DNA from: Laetmonice hystrix | Lineage: Eukaryota | Direction of reading: 5' to 3' | Assembly: GCA_965235115.1 (NCBI GenBank) | Contig: OZ249436.1 | Coordinates: 49,788,001-49,852,000, forward strand | DNA: 64,000 nucleotides | Part shown: positions 53,741 to 64,000 of the stretch, one piece after another | How the letters are laid out: each line of letters opens with the position of its first letter | Numbering within the stretch: the stretch's first letter is position 1 | Notes under the pieces: model-generated | Database searches by the model: none | What the model was told of the DNA's origin: nothing | Seen by the model: the letters and a program-made list of their open reading frames with translations, nothing else | Position numbers and translations under genes: made by a program

Positions 53741-55849
53741 GACTGTGCATGAGAATAGGCATTTAGGCTTCTAACCACAGAAAATATAACGAAACCCTGA
53801 TAAAACTTCTACTACATGCAGAAACAATAATGTTGTAATAGGCCTAGGTGTAGTTCAGTTCTGATGTACGTAGATAGACCGATGATGTTGGTAAACAAAA
53901 TCTTGTCCCTATAAGTTCTCTCTGGCTGCAAGAGAAAAATAGGCCTACCAGCGTTGGAGAAAAAAGGGTCAATTGAGCCCAAACTAGTCCCAAATCTTAA
54001 TTCCCGACATCTATTTTGGCCATGTATAGAGCAGGGAGCCCTGGTGAATGGCAATGGTCTCCACATTATGGGTCCGAGCGGACTCGGAGAGAGAGATCGG
54101 ATATACAGATCAGAAGATCCCACATACAGCCAGCATGCTGCAGTTGTATCGGCCTGCGACGTCTGCCAGAATTAAGACAGAGTGACCCAGTCGAATATCG
54201 TCGATGACGTGTTTGTGCTGCGTCCACGAACGTTGATTGGCTGACGCCGAGTGCCTCATCATTTGAAGCGTAATGTCGGCGGTGCCTGACAACCACCCGA
54301 CCGTCGTCAGCTATAATACCACGACCCGACGCTCCGAAATGAGCACTTTCTACATTATTGTCCAAACCAATTCGGCTTTGGCGACCATCGCCATGCTGAA
54401 GTAGCAGAAGCAATCGATCCTTGTTACGATGTCAAAAGGCCGGAAGAAAAAGTCATGTGCATAGATCTAACTTTAGTCGGAAAGGTGGTCCTGACGTAGA
54501 CTCTAGTCTTTGGCACGGATGGGCATAGAAGCGTAGGCCTAGGCCGACGGGGGGAGGGGGGGCAACTGCCCTCTCAAATTTGGACAAAACAGTAAGCCCA
54601 TAGGGCCTAATTGAGAAAGAGGATGGTTGAGGAAATAGGGATTCATATTCAAAATACGGTTGTCCTTCATCCATAAGCAATAACAATAGAAATAGAGGTC
54701 TACCTTGTACCAACAAAGAGATCACGATTGTGTTCGGAAGTCGCAACGTGATAATCTTTGCGTGAGAAATGTTTTCAAATCGACACTTTCTAATTATCTG
54801 TTGGGCCAGGTACAGTGAGGTTTAGCCCCCCTACTGATATGGGTTTAGCTACATCACGTTCGGGATGGCGGCACTCACAAAATGCGAAACACACAAATGA
54901 CAGCGTTTCCTATGTTAGTCATCTGTTAATTAGTTCAGAGACAAAGCAAGTATGGAACAGAATCGTGTTGCCGTATTTCATCGACCCGCATTACTTTACT
55001 CTGATGGTTGTGTTTCTCTTTAAATTTCACAATTGTTAACAGAAACAGATACACGCAAATTCAGAGTGCCATAAATGTAATGTGTTTATGCCTGTATAAT
55101 GTTAATATTCTGTCTTCTATGTTCATTATTAGAATACATGTACATTTGTATTCATATTTCCTTATCATCCATTATAATTTTGTATCATTTTTATTGCAAG
55201 GAAGCATTTTACGCATGTAATAATCTGTTTTGCATGATAATAAAATAAAATAAAATGCGAAGAGTTGACGATACGCCTAATTCTAAGTAGCAAGCGGCTT
55301 CAAACGGCTGCAAATTTCAAAGAAAAGAGACAATGGGATATCCAGATATTTAATATTTCTAATTCGTATTCATGGCTAACGCAGCCTGCTACGGGATACT
55401 ATACACAGGAAATCTGAGGAATAAAACAAAACGAATAAACAAGAGGGTGAAGCTCAAGTTGCATTTCTCGTCATGAATTCACTGACAAATGTCGACAGCC
55501 GAGGTACAAATGTATGCGCATACGTATCAACTTACCTTCGACTGAGCAGAAGAAATGTTAATTTCATTTTTTTGGTCAAGCCTGATATCAAATGACAACA
55601 AAAGCCTCGATGTTGGATAATGACGTCACATGGTTACATTCAGTTCACCGGTATCGAAAAATAACCGGCAGAAATATGGGTTTCAATCATTATACATGTA
55701 TATCCACGAAATTACTGAGTATCAAAATAAAATAACGTTATCTCGTGATTTGTTGTCGAACTTCACAGGTTCTTATTGGTTGAAAATTGCATTTAGGAGA
55801 ATTCGAGAAACAAGAAAGAAACCAAAACGGGAAATATGGAAAAGCAATG

Positions 55850-56640
55850 GTGTTTATTTCCGTCGTATGCAGCAAAATCTGAAGGAGAGGTCAGATTGTG
55901 AATGTAACGGTTCAGGCAATGAAAAATGAAAACGGGGATGAAATGCACACCAGGAATAACAACGTTTAAACCTATAAAAGCATCAGCCACAAACTTTCTC
56001 TGAAGGTAGTAAGGCACATTAACCAGGACTGACAGGGAGGTCGAACAATCGAGAAGACTCGTGCAACAAAACCTGAAGGAGAGAAAAAAGTGTCAATTAT
56101 GGTTAAAACACTGAGAAAAATGAAAACAGGTAAAAATGCGCAAAAGGAATGAAAAGATTAAAATACTAAATAACCTAAAAACACTGCTTCAGTAAACCAG
56201 GTGCGGCCATGGCGTTTGCCATAACGACAACAAACAAAGAACGTGAAGATTCAAACAGACATGGCGAAGGAAATGGCCAAGATAAAAACGGCATTGTTAA
56301 AATAAAATAATAAACCTTAATAATTAAAAAAAAAACAACCTGAAAGGTTAAACGATGCCACAATGTTAACAAGACTACATGACGTGACGTCATGGATCAA
56401 ATCCAGCAGGTGGCAGGGTAGTCTGTCGGTCCAAGATAACAACGACATCATTAAACCAGTGACAAAATAAACCTTAAAAACAACAAAAACCAAGGACCGC
56501 AGAATTAAAAAAAAATTAAATAATAAACCATAACAAAACAAAAAAACCTGTAAAGATTAAACGATGGCACCAAGTAAGCAAGACTACTGACGTGATGTCA
56601 TGGATCAAATCAGGTTAGGTGGCAGGTTAGTCGGTCGTAG
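55850..56640. repeat. Old, degenerate ~200-bp duplications in an A-rich tract
   Basis: ~56330-56430 aligns with ~56540-56637 (TTAAACGATG...CAAGACTAC...TGACGTGAYGTCATGGATCAAATC...AGGTGGCAGG). ~55870-55970 aligns loosely with ~56065-56165. Confidence 0.6.
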
Positions 56641-58877
56641 AAACACGTGCATTTCCGCTCAGGTACACCAGCGACATCTACTTAAAGAGGATGGCACTAA
56701 CTCAGAAGGGCATCTTGATACAGAACGAGGGGGAATATTTGTTTGAATCGTCATTCATTTCATTTTTTTGGGTATTTTTTTTTAAAGAAATCAAATGTTC
56801 ATCACTCTTAACCTTCGCACCATTAAATTAAAGACATGACTCCAATAAAGAAGTACGACTTATCCGTTCTAGGTACTGAAATTTGGCTTATCATCCCACC
56901 CCCTTTAAGCCAAACAAATTTGATTAAGATCTGTTGAAAACTGCCAGAGATATGACTGATTTCTGGTAAACTGGCCACAGAACCAAACTTTAATGTCAAG
57001 TGACTCCGTCAAACACGTCATATCGCTAAATCATATCTACAACTTGGGCGGATATCTAGGAGCAACCATTCTTTGCAATTTGACCCTCATTGTAAGGAAG
57101 CGACTTCAATATTGTAGCTTTATATGAGAGATGACGAAAGTCAAAGTTACGCAGCGACATTTTGGTAAAAAAGTATTAAGGAACCATCCACCCCTTTCAT
57201 AGTATCTGAGATAGTTTTCCTGTTGGTACTTGTTTGGTCTTGACAGGTCACAAAGTGAAGTGTTTTTTGTCGTGTTTAAGACGTCATAACTCGGCAGAAT
57301 GACATCCCATGATGTACTGTTTGATGGGGAGAGATTGTCATGACATGGTCAACCTGCCTTGCAAGTTTAATCAAGATACATTGAAAACTGACTGAGAAAC
57401 GGTCATTGTCTGGCTACGACAATAATAAAAAAAATAGAGAAGATGAACGGACACAAAAACAACATTCCGTTTCTCTGTAAGGGAAATGCAATAATAATGT
57501 TTCCTTTAGTTAACCGTGTACCCTGCTTAAAATTAGATAGACAATCCCTTAAAGCTCGTTTATATAACTCCAACTCCCGTAGTGAGAATATGCAATCTAG
57601 CAATGGCAAGGGACCGTCATAACTATATTTGTATGAAGGATCGATGAGGCAGACCATGTAATAGAGTGACTTCAGGAGAAGATAACACAGTCGGGAGGAA
57701 TGGTATCACTATCACTTCGATTTCCCTCACAGCGGTAGAAACCAGGAACCTCTCTGCATCCAATATCACGTCTCATATTATACAGTCGATCGTTTTCTGG
57801 TTCGTCCTGCTCGGTATCCAGGCCCATTACAGAGCAACGAACAATTTACAATGTTGAAAATATAATGTGGCATGGAGGTAATGAGAACTAGGTTGGTAAG
57901 TTAATTATCTGATAACGCTGAATTCAACCTCCCTCCATTCTGATCGAGGCAGAGTTATATTCGAATTTTCTAGTTTATTTTGAACGGTCGCACTATGTAA
58001 GAGTGAATGGTAAACAACATAATCGGCATATAGGCTAATATTGTTCAATTCGAATGGTGATGAAACAGTTTGATGGGTGTGGGGTCGGTTGAGGTGGCAT
58101 ATCTTTAATCCACAATTTGTGGCGCAACGTTCAGATGGGCAATAATAGCACGCAGCCGAACGTTGTCCCACAATAATTGTCTTCTGGAGAAACCCATTAT
58201 ATAGAACTGATAGGGATGTCCAATGCATGTAATGTTGTAATATTGTGCATATTCTTAGTTTTGTGTTGTGAGAATTAATTTCTCACATCAACATGCGGGA
58301 AGGAGATAGAACCCCTAAAACTGACCTCAGCCAGATCCTCGAGGTTTGCATGAGATTGGTGATAATATTACTGTTGGTTATTGTAATCTTTGTGTCAGGC
58401 CATGAGTTGACGGGAATACAAGCATTGTATGAGGTGTAATCAATGTCTCTGTATCATTCTGCATGCACCTTAGGCCTGAGGTCGTTCACCAGATCCAGAT
58501 CTATAACAGGGCCTTATTTAGCGGCATAATGGTCCACGGTATTCTAGATACAGTTATTGCCAAGGATAAGCCAGAATGGCCACTGTTTAAATGGCCTGAC
58601 TGTAAAATAAAGCTGCCGCATTTTGAGCCTATCTAATTCTACCCGTTGCATTTTTTGGTTCCGCTGACTGCATTTCCTTTAGATTGGATCTCGTCATATC
58701 GGTTTACGGAACTTTGATCGATCTCATGAAATCGATATCAAGTTGGCTCATGTCTCTGCTTCCTTTCCTGGTTCAAAACCTTGTATATTATACATACTAC
58801 ATAACGGTTAATTATAATATCGACGGTCCTTGGCGCAATGGAGAGGGTTATGTCCCTACATTGGGGAGTGAGGCATA

Positions 58878-59020
58878 AGCGTATGAGCCGGGGTAGGGGG
58901 GGGGCAGGGGGCAACTGCCCTCCCAAATTTGGGCAAAACAGTGGGGAAAATTCGAGCAAAGCAAAAAGAAACAAAATCGGACAGAGAAATTTCGGGCAAA
59001 TCAACCCCCCCCCCCCCCAC
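58878..59020 (+). repeat. Fragment of a dispersed repeat family (second copy near 54530-54590)
   Basis: GGGGGCAACTGCCCTCyCAAATTTGGrCAAAACAGT is shared by ~58907-58943 and ~54558-54593. Confidence 0.6.
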
Positions 59021-60130
59021 CCACGCCGATGGAATGAAGATTCTTCTAGTAAACTTTATTACGACGGTCTAGAAGTAAAAAATGAAATGTTTCAGCTCGC
59101 AGGTTCTGTGTAGACATATAACGCCGGAGAAGGGCCACCGGCTAGGAAAATGCCACAGACTTTGAAATAGCTATAGTTTATTGACTGCCCCTTCAGAGTC
59201 GCGGATATTCTCTGAAGTATTGAAGTTGCCTCGTGAATGGTCTGTCTGCAACAGCTGTATACCCGTCAGAACATCGAGGAGAGTCTGTCGAAAATGTAGA
59301 AGAAAGGAAGCCCGCGAACATTTCCTGTGCGAAACGAGCCAAAAATATCAATCGTGAGGCAGCGGAGTTCCTTCACCTGTTTGACGTATTACGCTGAAGT
59401 GTATGCTTTCGCTGCGAAGGAAGCGGCAGCGATGGAACGGAAGTGCCGTTGGCGAGATTTGATTTGGCCGTAAGACTCCGTGGGCGGGGAATCGATAGGG
59501 CTGTGACGGTGACTGATGGCAGATCTCCACACGAGGTGTGGGGTACCGGACCTGTTACAGCCGGATCACAGTCAGATGACAGCCTCCCACCTCCCGCCTC
59601 GTCCGAAGACGGCTGTCATAGTAGTACGCTCCTCGTTACGACGTCACCGTCGGGTGGATGTAGGCCTCCCCGGCACCCATCCATCACTTCCTGTCACTCG
59701 ACATGCCGCAGCACGTCCTCTGCCTCACCCACGACGCCATAACCTAGACGCGACGAGAAGAAATAAAATGGTACTTTCTGGCACCCGTAATGTGAGTGGA
59801 GGTTAGAGGGGGCTGCTCCGCTAGTTGACAGACATGTCAATAATCTGTCAGTGTCAGCTGGTATAGTGTGATGAAGGTAGACGCGCCCGGCCGTCGGAAC
59901 GGGTTGGGTTAACGTGAATTGCGTGATGATGATGATATTCTCTATTAATGTTCGGTTTCACCATGAATAAGAATGAATTAAACTCCAATATTTTCAGTTT
60001 AACTCACGTTTCCTTGTAAAACGAGGACACTTTTCTTTTTCCTTTATCCGTCTTGATTCACTAAGTTATGATATCGGCGAAATTTGTCCTGTGCAATAGA
60101 TAACGTTATAGATGGGGACAGGAGGGGCCC

Positions 60131-61308
60131 GTCAAGTATTGCCTTAAAAGGCTGCACCATTTCGGAGTACCCTACACGGCAAGTAGGCCTATTGCCGTAA
60201 AAGGCTGCGTCACCTCGGAGTACCCTACATGGCAAGTATTGCCGTAAAAGGCTGCGCCACTTCGGAGTACCCTACATGGCAAGTATTGCCGTAAAAGGCT
60301 GCGCCATTTCGGAGTACCCTATACGTGGCAAGTATTGCCGTAAAAGGCTGCGTCACTTCGGAGTACCCTACATGGCAAGTATTGCCGTAAAAGGCTGCTT
60401 CACCTCGGAGTACCCTACATGGCAAGTATTACCGTAAAAGGCTGCGCCATTTCGGAGTACCCTACATGGCAAGTATTACCGTAAAAGGCTGCGCCATTTC
60501 GGAGTACCCTACATGGCAAGTATTGCCGTAAAAGGCTGCTTCACCTCGGAGTACCCTACATGGCAAGTATTGCCGTAAAAGGCTGCGCCACTTCGGAGTA
60601 CCCTACATGGCAAGTATTGCCGTAAAAGGCTGCGCCACTTCGGAGTACCCTACATGGCAAGTATTGCCGTAAAAGGCTGCGCCATTTCGGAGTACCCTAT
60701 ACGTGGCAAGTATTGCCGTAAAAGGCTGCGTCACTTCGGAGTACCCTACATGGCAAGTATTGCCGTAAAAGGCTGCGCCACTTCGGAGTACCCTACATGG
60801 CAAGTATTACCGTAAAAGGCTGCGCCATTTCGGAGTACCCTACATGGCAAGTATTACCGTAAAAGGCTGCTTCACCTCGGAGTACCCTACATGGCAAGTA
60901 TTGCCGTAAAAGGCTGCGCCACTTCGGAGTACCCTACATGGCAAGTATTGCCGTAAAAGGCTGCGCCACTTCGGAGTACCCTACATGGCAAGTATTGCCG
61001 TAAAAGGCTGCGCCATTTCGGAGTACCCTATACGTGGCAAGTATTGCCGTAAAAGGCTGCGTCACTTCGGAGTACCCTACATGGCAAGTATTGCCGTAAA
61101 AGGCTGCTTCACCTCGGAGTACCCTACATGGCAAGTATTGCCGTAAAAGGCTGCGCCACTTCGGAGTACCCTACATGGCAAGTATTGCCGTAAAAGTCTG
61201 CGCCACTTCGGAGTACCCTACATGGCAAGTATTGCCGTAAAAGGCTGCGCCATTTCGGAGTACCCTACGTGGCAAGTATTACCGTAAAAGGCTGCGTCAC
61301 CTCGGAGT
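60131..61308. repeat. 47-bp minisatellite, ~25 copies, with higher-order structure
   Basis: Unit GGCAAGTATTGCCGTAAAAGGCTGCGCCACTTCGGAGTACCCTACAT. A 49-bp TATACGTG variant recurs at 60321, 60699 and 61030. Confidence 0.95.
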
Positions 61309-64000
61309 CTTGGAGTTGTTTTAAGACGGCCTTGTAGCTAATTATGTTGAAGAAGTAATTTATATAGGCTCCCGCAAGGCCATAAAAAAGGCCTCTAGAT
61401 CGCGAACATTGCATCTGCTGTTCATGGCCTTTTAGCCTCTCCTCTGCAGATGATAAAGTAGGCCTAGATAGGTATAACACTACACTGTATCGTGCCCAAG
61501 TGCTGGGTGAGACTGTCCATAACGGTCCATCGTTGGTGCCTAGGGACTGGCACATCCCCCATTCATGCCCCATCATAGAACGACAAATGAGCGTCCGTGC
61601 GATGATGACTTCAGCATGTGGTGGTTGTGGCTGTTGTTGGCTGTAATGAGTAAATGCGATCCTGTCATTAGACCCTGGCGATACCTTTCTGCTAGGACCC
61701 GATGTCTATCAACTGTCAACTCAAGTAGGCTGACATTACTGCGAGCACGAACATTGTATCATTGCAGTTTGTTGTCAAGTTCACCTTCAACATAGCGTTG
61801 CTTTTCTTCCACCCCCTAAAAAGGTCATTGTACCCATCGCATAACACATCAAATCTTTTCGTTCCGGTCTATATTTTCCAGTTTACCAGCGCTGATAGTT
61901 TATCTGCCACTTGTCGGGAGTTAGTGGGGGCACGTAGAGGGTGGGGGTTGTCGTGGAGGGGGGATGGGGTTGTCGTGGGTGTGTGTGTGTGTGTGTGGGG
62001 GGGGTGCTTGGCCATCGTGTTTATGAAGGCTGGACTTGAGAAACTGGTTGTATGTAGTAGGCGGTTGCATGTATTCCTACAATCCATACCCATTCCACCT
62101 GAATAGAATATTCATAATATAATATCTGATCGATGAGTCACGTTCCCCGTACAACCCCGTACAATGTGATATCTATAAAGTAAAAACCGCTTTAGATATG
62201 GAGACATCCCTTTACTGAATCCCTATAAATCTCGTGTCTGTGAGCAATGTTGTGGACTGTAACGGATACACACTATCTAGTACGTGCACTCCTCATTTTC
62301 ACCATCTTTGAAATGGAATACTTGAAAATCTTTGTCGTTTTCAAATCCCGCTGGGACCTTGCAAGCCGCAATATAATCGGTCAGATTTAAATAAGTAATG
62401 ATGTTACGTGAAATGAGAGTACTACTAAGCAGGGTCTTATTGTGGTATGTACTGTTTTCCCAGCCTGTTGGTACGTTCTGGTCCATGGGGATGCCTTTAA
62501 TCCTGTCCTTGCCAATGACGACTTGAGGTATTCCCGCACGAGGGCGAACGATACCTTGAGGCATGTCGTATAAACGCAGATGATGCCTTGAGGCACAATG
62601 GGTTGTATCGAGGTTCACGGCGTTCCATTAGAACACGTCTTGTGCGTATTTTAAATTAACGGTTAATAAACAGTCGGTCAGAAAACTTGCCATAATTATG
62701 ATCTCCCAAGAGTCAAACTCGGTTATGTTAGTCATGCTGGACTCCGTATTATACATGTAGCTACAGTAAGTTCTCTGCGACATAATCCACCATAATACAC
62801 GTAGCTATCAGGTACAAACTATGAAGCTAATCTTTGTAAATCATCGAGATCAAATTCAGGGACGCCATTCATGCTGGACATGTGGAAACCCTACAATACT
62901 TTTACTACATGTCGAAGATAAAATCAACATCGAACTTTTTTCAGTTACGTCTTACAACGAAGCCTTTTTTCTCACAAGCCGCAAAACAAGCCAGTCTTTT
63001 GTTCTCCTAGTTCATAACAGAAGTGGGAGGCCTCTATAGACTTTAAGTAGGCCAGGTCTCCTTAAAACAATGGTTCTCTATAATCTCCAGATCGGGGACA
63101 GTGGGGAACAGGGAGTGGAATCAGAATGTGAGTCGTTACGGGGACTACGGTTGGTAGGCCCATTTCCAACATCGAAATATTTTAACGCAATATTTTAATA
63201 CCATTTTCGTGCTGAAATAGGTCCCTCCATCAAACATTAAAAGTGTTAAACCATGATTCTGTCATCGAGATGACATTAACTACGGTTTTAACATGGCGTC
63301 AAGTGACTTCATTCGTCATATCAATTCTATAGATAACGCAGCCGAGTGAAAAAAGATTTAACATTGTTTTATCGGCATTTTCTTGATCATTGCTTAGTAT
63401 CAATCTGTCATTCAAATTACACCATGTAGCTTCTGTACATTTGCGTCGCAATGTTTCTTTCATAAAAGATACTGAAATTGAAATCCGTCCTTGTCACTAG
63501 ACTTCAGATCTGATATAAGCGACATTAAGCGTTATCGCTTTTTGATGTAAACCATTTCATTTTGAGCCTCGTTACAAAATGCGTTCTCTGCCTAACTAAA
63601 CACAGCAGGTGTCGCTTCATTCTGATGGTGTCATCTTGATCTTCAGTTAAGACTTGAAAATGAGTAAGATAGGGATAGGAGGGCAATGAATAAAGGCGAT
63701 CGCAATTCCCTATCCTTTCAATTCAGATAGCATTGTTGCAGCATGCACTAATTCAAAAACAATACAGGAGCACTTGCCTATCTCATAACGTTCCCCTGCA
63801 TGACAATGAACATCGCCATCACAAGCGCCAAACACGACTTCCCTTTAAGGAGCGTACGAATATAAATTGTGCTTTGCCATCATAAACAATTAAAATTCCA
63901 TGATACCGCGTTTGTATTTTCAACATTGATTCATCATTCTGCTTGCGCAGAGTGACACGACATGGAGCAGTGTTGAGTGATTGTCTTCCCTGTTCTGGCC

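Noticed and set aside
38818..61308. CRISPR-like appearance of the 30-47 bp arrays
   Set aside because: Units are head-to-tail with no unique spacers, there are no cas genes, and the context is eukaryotic.

Overview
Intron-rich animal genomic DNA, probably a non-vertebrate bilaterian such as a lophotrochozoan (taxon inferred, not established). The left ~37 kb holds four genes: the 3' part of ATF7IP/MCAF1/windei (+), a divergent ANTP/NKL-like homeobox gene (-), PIGQ (-) and TBCD (+). PIGQ and TBCD are head-to-head. The right ~27 kb has no recognisable coding gene. About a fifth of the window is about 13 unrelated minisatellite arrays (units 15-102 bp). There are also several non-autonomous DNA transposons with readable TIRs and TSDs, including a CAC..GTG element with a 5-bp TSD (Transib/RAG-like signature) and a TGT..ACA element with a 5-bp TSD (Ginger-like), plus a truncated L1/Tx1 fragment. 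The most striking observation: the three long arrays between firmly called TBCD coding exons are amplified copies of TBCD's own exon-intron junctions (14 acceptors, ~12 donors, ~22 donors). Only the exon-proximal copy keeps the frame; the decoys are predicted to give premature stops. All coordinates were read by eye, with no database searches.
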